Shown: positions 13,601 through 26,537 of the stretch, in pieces
How positions within the stretch are numbered: the first letter of the stretch is position 1
Layout: every line of letters starts with the position of its first letter
NCBI GenBank assembly: GCA_002633005.1
Contig: NMRA01000332.1
Coordinates: forward strand, 2,081-66,080
DNA from: Phoronis australis
Taxonomy: Eukaryota; Animalia; Phoronida
DNA: 64,000 bases
Direction of reading: 5' to 3'
Position numbers and translations under genes: made by a program
The notes under the pieces: model-generated
Told to the model about the DNA's origin: nothing
The model's input: only the letters and a program-made list of their open reading frames with translations
Database searches by the model: none

Positions 13601-16600
13601 GGAGCGTTGAAATGCGCCCACGAAGGCACCGCACACCGGGTGTGCTTCTCGGGGTGTTTATTTGTATCTGAGAAATGGCCATTAGATGGCGCGAAATACG
13701 TTGAATCCATCTGAAAACGGAAACTTGTCATCGTGACTAATAGAAAGCTATTTACCAAATGTCATAACAAGAGAACCGCCGAGCGTTGGAATGAGCTCTC
13801 GAAAACGGAGACATTAACATCGCTTTTTTAAATTAAAGAAGCGATGGCATGTCTCCGTTTTAAATTAATAGAAAGCTATTTGCCAAATGTCATAAAACTC
13901 AGTCAAGGAACATGAGAAAAACAAGGAAAACGGAAAAAAATGAAATTGCCACTTAAAAGCATAGCATTCGTTGAATCCGCCTGAAAGTCGTCTTCGTCTG
14001 TTGTTAGCTGTATATAAATACACTTATAAAATTTAATAAAGATCCTGCTGTGGGTTTGAAGATACCGCTATGGGCACAAACAAAACAAACCTACCACTAG
14101 GAGGCGCCACAGTAGTCAAAGTCGTCATCGTCAACCGTCCTCACAGGTACTGAGAACATAAATTATACGCTAACTTTCAAAATCATCCTTAGAATGGTTT
14201 GATAGAGGGGTGGACGCAGAAAACCGACTCGAAAACCTCGTGGGCGCAAAAATAAACAAAACTGCCACTAGGACAGTAGTCGAAGTGGTCGGAAAATCAT
14301 CATTGTAAGAACAAACATAACAATTTTCACAGTCTTCCTTAGAGTGGTTTGGTTGATAGAGGGGCGTACGCCCGAAAACAAACTCGAAAATAGTAATATT
14401 TGGTCACTAGATGCGCAAAATACCCCCACTCCATCCGAAAACGGGATGATAGCGTCACCTCATTAACAGATGCCTATGTTCCAAATTTCATGAAAATCGG
14501 TGGAGGACCTCTGAAGATACGGAGGCAAACATAAAGAAACTAAAATTACCACTAGGGGCACAGTGGTATTCAGGTCGGTCCGTAGCCTGCGGCCTATGTC
14601 GTCAACCCCGTAGGATCACACCTGCCAAATTTCAATATCATCCTTCTAGGGGTTTAAGAGATACAGCCGCGGACGCCGCACGCTCGGACGCCCAGACAGA
14701 GATGGGGGCAAATACACCCGCATATAAATATGTGGGCACGTTATGAAATACCGAGTGCAAACCTTCTGGATACTTGTAATGATGCGTGATATCTTCTCTC
14801 TCGTTCGTTCCTATTGCCTTTGTGCTGATATATTTACCGACGTAGTCCCTGTCCAGTTTCATGAGCTTCAAAGAACCGTCGTTCCTTACCTAAAAATTAA
14901 GCTAAATGAATCTATGAAACTGAGATAATCGGTTTCTGGGCCGGTATAATGAACGATTGAAAAACTACCTTTCCACAGAAAACCTGTTACCGTCCACGGC
15001 GAAACGTTTTTTAGCTACTATAAAACTGGTGAAATGTCAAATAAAAGGTTTTCTGAGGTTGTTCGCAAGGTATTTTTCAAAAGATAAATAGCAATGCTTT
15101 TCGATGTTCTAATATCTAAGAACAGCGTTTGAAGCCACCAAATGTTTTTATCCCATGATGTTTTTTAGGTTTACACTACTTATCTATATGTTTGTATAGC
15201 AACACGCAGTGGCGGATTTAGGGGCAAGGGGACATGCCCCCACCCACTAAAATTGTTGGCAGTTCGGGGGTGCGAATGCCTGACGGGCAAAATCCTGGCT
15301 AATACTCTGCTCTGCACCCCTCCCCCCAATTCAAAATACTATCCGCCTTGTCATATTACAGGATTAACTTACTATCCAGTGTGCACGGTCTCCATTCACC
15401 TCGGACATCATGAACATAGTATCATAGTTCAAATACACAAGACCCTCCTTGATGGCTTTTACCGAGGCCGGACCACATCGAAACACGCCTTCGAAATATA
15501 AACGCACACTGATCATGAGCAAAGAAACACCATGAAACGTACATGTAGAACACGTTTGTGATCGCCATTTACTGTTACAGAATGTTTTCAAAAATCTCAA
15601 TGAAAATCTGTGATTAGTAATTCCCCCATGGCCGCATGAAGCGAGAGACGTTTCTTCGATTATCGCGATGGCACCAAACTGTGAGCGATCACGCAAACTC
15701 TATTTCTCGGTAGTAAATGGTCCGTGAAGACGTAGAGTAGAATAGATAATTTACCCAGAGACATCGTATTGGCGATTCGTACGTTTCGGACCGCACTCTG
15801 CGGCTTTTTCAACGAATGACTGGCTGCAGTTGTTTTCCGCCGTTGGGTGAACACTGTCATCTACAGGACGGAGTTAGCGTCCCCGGTATCTTGCGATCGA
15901 CCCAATGAAAATATGCCTCGGAGGAAAAGAAGACCTACGGTTGTTATTTCCTACAACTAAAGTCTTCCACAACAGCTACGCCGCATATTCAAGTGTCATG
16001 ATGCCAACAACTACATGTAGTCCATCAACACCTCCAAGACTAGGACTGAGGTGGTACGACCTACATGTAAGCACGAAAGAATGCTGCTCGAAACGCATGG
16101 ATCACCAAATAATACGACGCCTCAGTCTGAGCAAGTGATCCAGTTGATCTTTTGCTCAACTACTGTTTGGTGATTGTACCCAAGAAGGCACCTAAATCAC
16201 ACAGGAATTTGCAAAAGTTAGTCCTGATCTATCTGAGCATGTACATGTACCTTCGCTTCTCTCCTGAGGCGTGGCATCTTGAGCCTGCCAACCGTCAAAA
16301 TCTCCTGGCAAATCAGGCCTCTTAAACCAAGACTCCGTCCACACATGAAAGTTCCTAAAATCCCATCAAATAAATCTGTTGCATAATCGTGCACATTATG
16401 TTTATGAAAACGTTATTTCAGGATAAATTTCGAGGGTAAATGTCAAGATGTGCATGACTTCAGGTAGATTTTAGCAACTCGTCAGTCATTTTGTTGAGGC
16501 AACCAAAAATAAACCGATAAATTTGCTAAGATTAAAACCTCACTTAACGGATTTTCGAGTTGATGAGAAACAAACGTGCGTTCCGAAGATCTACTTCCTT

Positions 16601-19600
16601 ACGAGAGAAGCATGAACTCGTATGACTTCGCAAGATATCTCCATGTATTGCAAGCAAAGCAAGCGATCACATGTTCTCTACGTCTAACCGTACCCACGAT
16701 TTGGCGATTCTTACCATTCACTCTCATCTCTCCAGTTCACGTCCGAGTCGCTATTACTCCAATGACGGTCTACCGTCATGCTTTCATCACGGTCTATGCC
16801 CGAATTAAACGTGGTCACAACGCGGGTAGGAATACCCAACGAACGCAACACTGGGTTGAAAGATGAAGAAAGAGGAAATCAAAATAAGGTAACAATGAAT
16901 GATAAAATGGCATGGAACTGTAATAAATTACAAAGTAAATTATTCAACACCACATTTACAAAACCAATTCAATTTTGGACCGGTACAAATTGTTAACTAT
17001 TTTAAGCAACATCTGGTTATCTTTTATTAGATAGGTTCTATTTTCCAATCATATGATAGGAAAGCGTCGATGCTTACGCGAACAGGTTAATCCTGCGAAC
17101 ACCCAGCACTGTCCATATTTGACCGGCTTTTTGTGCTTCATAAATTCCTCCAATATCGCGACACTTCCGTTCCACACCCACGGTTTTGTACCAGGAGACG
17201 GATATGTGGACGCCCATCTTCCTGTAAGAATACCCCCGTCGCTATCGTCGCTGTTGGTCTGAATGAAAATAGCAAACAAACTGAAAAAGTACACATAGAG
17301 AGCAAATAAAAGATCGTACAAAGAAATTTCCATTCTGTGTTTGTCTTTGCTTTAAGGCACCTTCGCGATATTTACAATTAGTTTTAAAATCTTCTGTAAG
17401 CGAACCACAAGGTAAAGTTAAAAAACATGCCAGCGTAAAATCATACGACCTGCCATCACGCGTTTTCGTTCCATTTGCGCATCGTACTCAATGCATTTTG
17501 CAAGAACATTTTGTCCGGCAAAGCTAAGCGTGAACGGACCAATCTGTTACACATCGCAACGCAGGCAAGTGTCATTTCATAATGCCTTTCTATCCCACGT
17601 TACATACATGTAGCGTAATCGGAAAGAAAACGCATTGCTGGAGCTATTGGTTACACTCATCCACGTGTCTTTAGCAAGTAATAACATATAAACACTTTGA
17701 AAAAAGTTTAATCAATTTTATCTTTCCAATGGAGTACACTGACAAGAGCCCAGTGTTCATGCAATAATGGCAATGTTTCCGAACTTATAGAATTCTGGCA
17801 CTTAAAACTTTCAAGTTTAAATTCCACCCTTCGGTGCCGCAAAAAGCGTAGGATTGGGCATGTTTCTTTCAATACTGTTACAGACCTTCGGACCTGCATT
17901 GTACTCTGGCTGACTCATTTTTTGTGTCCAAAAACTTTTACATTCATGCGAAGTGTTCTTACCATAGCTGATAGTGTTCGGACGACCAAGACAGGATCAG
18001 CTCGGGCCTTTGGTGATAATTCCGCCAAATCCAGTAGAAACATAGCACACAACAGACAGCAATCTTCAAACTAGAAACATATTAACATTAAGACAAACAA
18101 TACGTCTCTTGTTGGGGAAATTGACCTATCGCCAGGATTTTGAGTGACGGTTTAACTGACCAAACGGAATGCAGCATTCTTGACGCACCTTCGTTTCCAA
18201 GCCGCCATTTTACCCGTCAAACAACACGTCGTCAGGTAAAACTTGTTCTTTGTTTGTCGACTTTAGGCAAGTGGGCGGAGCTTGCGATCACAAGAATACT
18301 AGAACGAAAAGCCCAGTGTGTTTGCGCAGAAACGGAAATGATTTGATCTTAGAAAGTCTGCCCAACTTTGCGTTTTAAATTGGCCACAGTCAAGTACTGT
18401 TATTTACTTCAAGAGAAAACTATAACAGAATGCATGGTTATTTGAAAATCAAAAGTTACCTTGTATTCTTTTAAATCGATTTTTATATTGACAAAAAATG
18501 CTTTAGAACATATTTCATATTAAACGATTACTATGAAAACGTGCCTGTCCAAAGTTCCACGAGCTGGGAATTAGTGTTGGTATGGAGCCTCGCCAAATCT
18601 TCCCCGTTTCATTCATCACATACTCTAGTCGTTCTTCTTCGCTAATCAGGTAAACACTGTCATCTAAAATTGAAACAATGAACTTCACTTTTTTCTCGAG
18701 CCTGAAAGGTTGAAGAGGCCATGTTAAAGCATACCCTGCATGCATAAAAAGTAGGTCTAAGTTTTATGAGCATGAAAGTTAACCAGTTTCTTAATGGACT
18801 CGCAGACAGACTTCCATTAAAAGACTCTCGATTTTTGTTGGTACATGTAGGCCTGCTTTACACATGTTGCCACTAATCATTTTCAATTTTCTGAGCCGGG
18901 CCCAAATCAGATGTCCAGCTTGGTAAAATTCTCATCTTTTAAAACATGCTCAAGTTTACAATTTGTCCATCTTGTACAGCTGGATGAATCATCATATAAC
19001 CTCTCAGCTTTTATTCTTAGTGAAACATTTTCAAAATGTAAAGGTCCTAAATCTACGACCGTTAGTGAAATTGCTAGGCTCCTGTGTCCGGTTGCATTAA
19101 ACATTCCCAAACAGGAACTCTACAAAGTTTCCTAATTCGTTTGCGAATTTGTTTCGTTTTTACTTGCAGATATAATTTTGCGATCATTTCTTTTTATTTT
19201 GAGCTCCTCTTTGACTAATGGCATTTTCTAATAATATTAACTAAAAACTGAGCTCGAAATGCAATGAAAATATACTAAGTGACAATATTTATTAAATTAG
19301 GGGCGTTGCATGAAAAAACCCATATTCGTTTCGGTATTATAGGGAATTCAACGTAAAACTCACTCTCGATTTGTATCAAAGCCAAACATTGATTTAATAT
19401 TGAAACTAAAAGAGCACAAGAATAGGCAATCGCTGTTTTCACAAGTTCAAAAGTGCACAGTATACTCAGGAACTTAGTTGGGCCCTCTCTGAGACTATTT
19501 CATGCAACTGGGCTATGTCTTAACTTTAATTTCCCCAGTAATTGCGTGCTATGTTTGTCTTAATGAAATGTCTCAAACCCTCAGGTGTCTCTTTCGGAAA

Positions 19601-22600
19601 ACCATGGTATTGTGCCTTTGTCGTGAATTTTCAGCGCTGCTTCTGGCGTCGACGATAGCCCTATATCTTCCCTTTCTTTTAATTGTCTTAACCAACGAAC
19701 TCTTTCTAGTGCGTGTCGTTTGTAATTCTCACCGTTCCATGAGTAAACAAATACATAAAGCAGTGAATCAGTTTGAAGCAAATTTTGTCTGACTGTAAGA
19801 GGATCTCAACTTTGATTGGGTAAACGTCTAGTCTTGCCTACAAACTCTGATATCTCATATGCGACTTTCTTTTTTTATATGAGACTTTCTAATCGACTGA
19901 CGTACACAGTTAATTGGAGTGTAACTTTTCGAGCTAAAAACCGTGGACTGAAAGAAGGCATGCCCGATTTTGCTCCCAGTTTCGATCGATTCAAGAAAAT
20001 TGTACACATTTTTGCTCCACTGTAGACATTTTCTGACTGTTGAATACGAAATGGATACAATGAAATCTGTATATAAAAGAGTTTTAACAGGGCTTTAGTT
20101 GACAATGTCGTTGTGGTCCTTATCTGTGTGTATCATAGTGTTTGTATGCATGGGCATGGCACCATAAAAATGACCATTAGTTTATAAACACACTTATAGA
20201 AAATGGAGTTTACCTTGACACCATGGATTAAAGATGACAAAAAAATCCTTTTTGTGTTTTGAACGAAATACGTTTCCGTCTTGTCGCGTTTCGAGAAATA
20301 TAGAATATTTGCCAACAATGGCGTCTGAAGGAATCGCAATGGTGAAAGTCGCACAAGCGCCATCAAACGATTCGTAGTCAATGAACCACGATTTCGGGTT
20401 CGATGAATCTGCCGGTTTATCGGCAACGTGGAGACGAATTATCGAACCGTTTCCTTCATTAGGTCGCGCTCCTGTCGCGAACTGGATTATCACTTTGTCT
20501 TTTTTGGTAATAGCTCTGTCAAATAAAACTGTAAAGGTAAACTTCCAGCCACGTCTCAAAATCAATTCGTTTATTTCGTATTCTTCTGTGATATGTGTCT
20601 TGATATTAGCTCTTTCTTTCATCAAAATGTCCCTCGCGACCAACTGGCGACCTTCGGAGAAAGAAAGAAGAAAATGTTTCATGAAAGGGTGATGGACGTT
20701 AAAGCTCTGGCAATGTCAGCTGTAAGCACATTGCGTGTGGAACATTTCTGATCGCTTGTATAAAAGAAATTTCTTCGATAATATAAGCCGACGAAAACGC
20801 AACCACCTGTAGTACATGTACATGTGGGTGAAACGCTCGGACATCATATATGTGATTAGTATTGATGAAACGTTAAATATGTCTGAGGAAAAGTCAAATA
20901 TTAGAAGCGTGATTGGTTCACTGGATTAAAGGTGTACATTTTTACCTGTAGCTTTGTAATCTGTTCGTAGAAGAGCATGTTTTGCCCAGTATTGAGAATC
21001 TGAGATATTGGACCTGTTGGAACGACTTTCCGAGTCACCTCCGCTCAAGCGCTTATCGCGCTGTGTTCGACTCCTGAAAATGAGATCGTACATTTTTCAT
21101 AGTATTGCGCGACTTGTTTTGAAACTTCTACGATTTCATCCAAAGACGAAACCGAATACACTGAAGAAAACACTCAAAAATAACACATTTATGAGAACTA
21201 ACCTATCTCGATACCTTTAAAGATGGATTTGGCCCTGTTTAGCTGGTTAAAAATGAAAAAGAATTGAACACTTCACTCTCATCAAACAAATGCATGATGG
21301 TGTTTGGGTTCTATTTCCTTCACCCACTAAAATGAGAACCTCGGCGACTCAAGAAAATGCCTTCACAGTTTATTCAGGTTGATCATCCTCAAAATTGCGA
21401 GGTAAAATGGCGTGCTTTTTACGTCGCATTATCTGCTACTCGAGATGCCGATTTCTTCGGCAACAATTTTAGAAAGAATGAGCGTGGTAATATTTTCGAA
21501 CCTCAAACCCCCGGTTGAGATGCGAAACGCAGAACTCTTGATCACCTTTACTAAGCTAATTCACGTCAAGTAATTTACTTTTATAAATGTGTACGCATTG
21601 CGTCGTTTATAAAAGTGAAGTATGACACTCTTGTGTTTGACGATGTTTATCTTACTTGCAAACGCCTTCATCGAATGGCCTTGGCTAGACAAATTAGGCG
21701 TAAGTTTTCTTAACAACCACACGTAGGTCATGATATGGGGTGCGACGGGTTCGCGACCTGTTTCCCTACTACCTAGTGATATCCGGCCTCCCTGAAAGTT
21801 TCTTTTCTAATTTTTTTTCACCACAGGAGAAGTTTGGGAGTGACGTAGGAGCAAATTAGTTTTAATTGTTACTGTGTAACAAAATTATCTTTCAACACGG
21901 GTGTATGTTTTCGTGGAAACTCCTACTAATGACTGTCTCGTGCGTTTTCTTTGAAAGAATGGTTATCTTAAGTTTTTAGCTACACACCCCATTAAAAACT
22001 CGAGAGGTGTAACTCTCGGGTTTATAAAAAGATCCAGACATTACTCAGACGCTGTATACATACGTGTACAGATAATGACCCAGATTACAATAGGTAGTAT
22101 GAGATCAATACACATCGTGCAACAGATGAACGCGGCTGTGCAAATATATAATTAAGCTACACTTATTATGAGGAATAAAGATGTTGCAATGTGGATAATG
22201 AATTGTCATTTGTAAGGTTTTGTCACTGAAATGCAACACACCTGTAATGTGCCTAGACTTGCAAGCAACACCCCCGCATTGATACAACGATTTTTTTCTT
22301 TTACACTTCTCATTCGAAAAGAGTCGAGTGATTCCGAAGTGGTTCTCATACATTCATTCACTCTCTAGTAAGACCGAGCTCAGTGGAGCAGGAGACACTT
22401 TTGTGCAATGCTCAAGTGGCTGTCAGTATAACCAGGATTCGAATCCAGGTCTCCCAAACAGGAATACGGAGCTCAATGAAACCCGCCACTGAGCCACACT
22501 GCCGCGGCTCTCTTCGACACCTAAATTCATGCGCGGCGCAAGAGGTGTCGGTATATATATACACAATACCACAAATTGTTCAACTGCTCGAGAATAAGTC

Positions 22601-22988
22601 ATAAATAACCCAGCGATATCACCAATAATGAGTATGCACTCTTCACAAATAAAGTAGAAATACGTCTCTAGCCGATAACTCTGATGTGTTGAGCCTAAAC
22701 ACGAATATTTTAGCCGACATTAACTACATATGTACTGTGACCACTTAGGCTATAGCATATCGTTGGAGGTCTCGATAGCATTCCTGAAAAGAAAAACTAC
22801 AGCTAGCTTTCGCTCGTTATAATCTTTTTCAGTCCATAACTTCAGTGTCACGTCGAAACCCACAGGTAACAATGGCAAGTCTTTATTAAAAAACGACCTG
22901 TACTTCTATAGCACCTCACTAGTTAGCAGTTACCGTTGTTAACATTCTTTAAGCATGGATAGATGTTTACATACCCGCTGGTTCCCAT
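7658..22988 (-). CDS. Protein-glutamine gamma-glutamyltransferase (transglutaminase, TGM1/F13A/invertebrate TG-like), 14 coding exons, 734 aa
   Basis: Exons in transcript order: 22975-22988, 20946-21073, 20214-20651, 18545-18663, 17963-18070, 17078-17258, 16715-16850, 16251-16354, 15373-15488, 14763-14889, 11567-11851, 10198-10361, 9772-9908, 7658-7805. Total 2205 nt, all phases compatible. Motifs: LILRRG and FNPWC (N-terminal sandwich), WNFGQFE, GRW, YGQCWVF (catalytic Cys), WNFHVW (His), [11 protein letters not shown] (Asp), [32 protein letters not shown] (barrel 2). The first two exons are less certain than the core. Confidence 0.93.
10770..11298. mobile_element. Kolobok-like MITE (TTAA target)
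   Basis: TIR AGAGGCATGGAA / TTCCAGGCCTCT with TTGA and TTAA flanks; homologous to 32470-32990. Confidence 0.72.
12712..13150. mobile_element. Foldback MITE with CAGGG termini and 5-bp TSD
   Basis: Left end CAGGGTTACCATAGAATCATACGAACGAGCATC versus reverse complement of right end CAGGGGTACAACAGAATAATACGCACAAGCATC. AAGAC flanks both sides (12707-12711, 13151-13155). Each arm is built of short repeats of about 18-20 bp. Confidence 0.85.
13588..14744 (-). mobile_element. HINE/pearl-like element, copy in transglutaminase intron
   Basis: Same terminus (ACAAGAGCACCCCGGAGCGTTGAAATGCGCCCAC), same monomers, GGACG-rich tract and terminal palindrome CCCGCATAT-AA-ATATGTGGG. A second terminus-like segment lies near 13767. 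Confidence 0.78.
15207..15350. mobile_element. Short GGCGGAT-type MITE
   Basis: CAGTGGCGGAT ... ATCCGCCTTG; related ends at about 2560-2592, 23339-23608 and 39094-39256. Confidence 0.5.
22340..22509 (-). mobile_element. tRNA-derived SINE fragment in transglutaminase intron 1
   Basis: Minus-strand A box TGGCTCAGTGG and B box GATTCGAATCC, followed by a CTTGAGCA..GCAC..CTCCACT body typical of tRNA-derived SINEs. Confidence 0.55.
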
Positions 22989-23364
22989 TCGTCAACTTGA
23001 CTTTCGCAGTGCAAGTGATCAGCTTTTGTTAAAAAAATTGTAAATGGAAATCTTTGGGTGGAAGTCACACGTACTCTGGCGAATGAAGCCGAAGCGACCT
23101 TGATACGTGTATTTACATTTCAACACCAATGCGCTGGGCAAAGTAGGTCATTCTATTCAACAGGTTTCGTCGTTTGTCAGGCAGGTAGGCTTAGGCTACA
23201 TGATGCAGTTTACGTGACCGTGACCCGCATCATCCAATTATTGACGCTTTCACCTGACCTAGGACCAATATGTATATTACTCCCAGATCTGACGCAACAC
23301 CAGTGAAAGCGTTTTTGTAACTGTATGAAACACGCCACCAGAGGAGCGGATCCAAGATATGAGT

Positions 23365-23489
23365 NNNNNNNNNNNNNNNNNNNNNNNNNNNNNNNNNNNN
23401 NNNNNNNNNNNNNNNNNNNNNNNNNNNNNNNNNNNNNNNNNNNNNNNNNNNNNNNNNNNNNNNNNNNNNNNNNNNNNNNNNNNNNNNNN
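23365..23489. other. Assembly gap (125 N)
   Basis: Run of N followed by a poly-C tract, apparently inside a GGCGGATC-type MITE (left end near 23339, right end near 23608). Confidence 0.99.
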
Positions 23490-24053
23490 CCCCCCCCCCC
23501 CCCCGGCCCCAATCCCTGGGTGCGCGAATAGCTAGTCAGCAATTCGCGCACCCCGAACTTCCAAATGGTACGTGGGAGAATTGCCCCCCCCTTTTAAATC
23601 CACCACTGCACCAGAAGGTGCGGATTCAGAACCTTGATATCTCGCCCCATGCCCCAACCGTACCGTACAGCGCGCGCCGAGGCCTCAGTACTAATGACGC
23701 GGAGACCCGCGATCGAGTGTAGGGCCTATTGCTCAATTTTCACTCATCTCTTTTGAATAACACATAGCAGACCATTGAAAATTATAATTGTGGGAGTAGT
23801 CTAGGCCTATTAAAATTAAGTTAGACTGCATCGGTTCAAGTAATTTGAAGTCACTGTTTCGAACTCAGCACGGCGCAAAACGTCGGGAAACATTAGATGG
23901 CGCTGTAGTTTAGTTGCCTGGTCCTCCTTGAATGTGTAACGTCAAGGGTCTGACCAGAACCAGTATGACAAAGCCCGGATGATAAGCATGCAAGGAGATG
24001 CCAAAGACTAGTCGCGAACCCTTTTCAGAAATATTCTCATAAATGTTTCTAAG

Positions 24054-26537
24054 ATGAACACAAACAAGTTTGCCAACGATGGAAGCTTCATGGAAATTTT
24101 CAAGAGGAAAATGGAGGAAGAAAAAGCTAAGAAAGTCGGCGAATACCATTCAAAATTGGACTCATCGCCAGCGGAATCCGACAAATCGTTGCACTCTGAC
24201 TCTAAGCCTAAGGAAATTTCGAGCAGTAGGCCTAATCATACTGCTACGGACGAATCTAAAAAAGATGAACTCATTCCTGATACAAGTGGAACACTCAAAG
24301 ACTGCACTGGGACCAAGAAAAAAAGTTTACCTTTTGTAAGAGCAATTGGTATCCGTTACGAATCAAATCATAAGACACTTCATGAGAAATGTTTTCAATG
24401 TAAACTTGTAGTAAAACTTGCACAAGATGTTTTCAAATGGATGAAGATGTTTTACCTGAGTAGTCCTAAAGCAGTATCCAGCTGTGTTAAGGGCGGAGTG
24501 CATGAACTCACTAGAATAACTTTGTCCAACTATTAAAGTGTCCAGCTTGTGTGAGTTTTACTGTAAGTACATAGCAAATCAAAACTATATTTTGGAAGAA
24601 GCTCTTGATCTAATTGTTCATGATATGATGACATTGAGCTATGCACATGATTTGGTATCATTTGATTCTTTGATCGTTATCATACCAAGAATACAAAAAA
24701 ATGTCTCCTACCTCGTTCCCTTTGTATTAATTGTCATCAAATTGCTTGCACTATTTCCCGGTAGTGATACTGCCATGTTGAATGGAAGGAGTCATCTGGC
24801 AGCCAAAAACTGAACTAAGCTATCCACACCCATATTCTGTAGGCGTCGCTCTTCATAAGTTCAAACGTTGACCCTGAGCCCGAGCTATGGCCCCAAGGGG
24901 CTGAGTTCCTGGTACGCATCTGCTAACAAGAACACGCAAAAAGGGGTTGTTTTCGAGGGTCAAATTTGTGAAAAGGGTATCACTTCAAAGAATTTCATGG
25001 AAAATAGGTCAAATGATCACAACTGTATAAATTTATGGAAAAGGGTGAAATGCTGCCATGCGTCCATGTTATCTCGGTAAAACTTAAGGGCAGTCTCGCA
25101 GGCAAACACCATTGACAATCGATGTTGCTGTTTCATTCATTAGCTACATATGTCACTGTATTTTTGAGTTACACGAACTTGGCAGTGTGAACTGGGAAAT
25201 AGCACGAATAGAAATTTGGCGATGTAATATTGAGGAAATGTTGTAGAGGCACATTCTTACATATTTGGAATGAGAATGATAGGCAAAGTCGAACGATACC
25301 GAAATTATGTGTGTTGGTTAGTATGTCATATTGAAAACAATTACCAATTTCTTTGTATCATACTAAATAAGTTATGAGGAGTTGTCTGTTTTTCTACAGC
25401 ACTGTCAACAACATGGTTCTACTCTAGACAGCAGTAACCTTGTAAGTTCAGTATTCAGTCTCGCAAAAAACATTATTCTTATTGAGAGCATATGCAACTC
25501 CTTCTTTCCACTTCAGACCGAGCGTGTGTACAATAATATAGCATTCACGTTAGTCTGCATTCAGCCAACTTTGATATAGACGTGCAGAGCTCAGTGCTGT
25601 CAGTACTTTCACAGGTGGGGAAACGAAGAGGTGGGCCACCAGCACTTAAGACAGGGGCAGTCAAGAAAAGGAAAGAAGAACCCAAGGTACCTGGGCTTTC
25701 AGAAATTTCTAAATTGGGACTACTTTAGTTTTAGTTCCTCCTTAGTTTTCTATCACCACTGGAGATGGCGCTTTAATTGAAATCTCTATTCTTAGTGTGA
25801 TTGCACTCGTAGTTACTCAGGGCTCGACGTAAGCGAGTAGATGCTCAAAAACAGTGTAAGAAAAAGCACAACTAGCAAATTGACCTCACTTGTATTATTC
25901 AAATGGTCGTCACAATTTATCATTCAAGTATGCCGTTACTAGTATTTTCTAGTGGACATTTTCGCCTGTCGAGTGCTGTTAATCTGGTTAACACTGGTGT
26001 CTTGAATTAAAAGTTAATGGTGTATTGATGTCACTGTGCTTTCATTTTTAGTCTTGTGGGAGAGTTTGTTGAAAATTGTTTATAAAGTGTGTTGTAAAAT
26101 GACCCATTCTGAATTAACAGGTAGCTTAGTTAGTTTCGATGCCACATACATTATCATGCTGCAAAATCATAGTTTCCATGGTGGTGATTAGTTTATGTCA
26201 AGTTTATTGTATTATGGCAGTTCTTGTGTTGATCAGTGTACTACAGATTTTTCATGCAATGTTTTTCCACCTTCACAGAAGAAGAGAGTGCAGTTTTAGA
26301 CAATGCCACTGAATGACCGATGTGTTTTGTCTCCTGAGGCTACTGCAGACGTGTTCAAATTTTTAAAAATTTGGGACTTCCATTTAAAGAACACACTTGC
26401 CACCATCAATTTCACTGTTCTACTTTCAGCATGAAGCAGTTGGTACTGATGCGTGGTCGAAGTACATGGCCGAGGTCAACAAGTACAAATCAACAGCATG
26501 TCAGGATGAGGACAGGACAACACCACTGGTGAAATAG
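24054..26537 (+). CDS. TRIR: Telomerase RNA component interacting RNase (C19orf43 homologue), 3 exons, 153 aa
   Basis: Exons 24054-24335, 25615-25686 and 26430-26537, all phase 0 with GT-AG introns. Blocks FANDGSFMEIFKRKMEEE, FVGKRRGG..LKTG and DAWSKYMAEVNKYK..C.D.D.T.PLVK* match the human TRIR signature blocks as I recall them. Confidence 0.92.
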
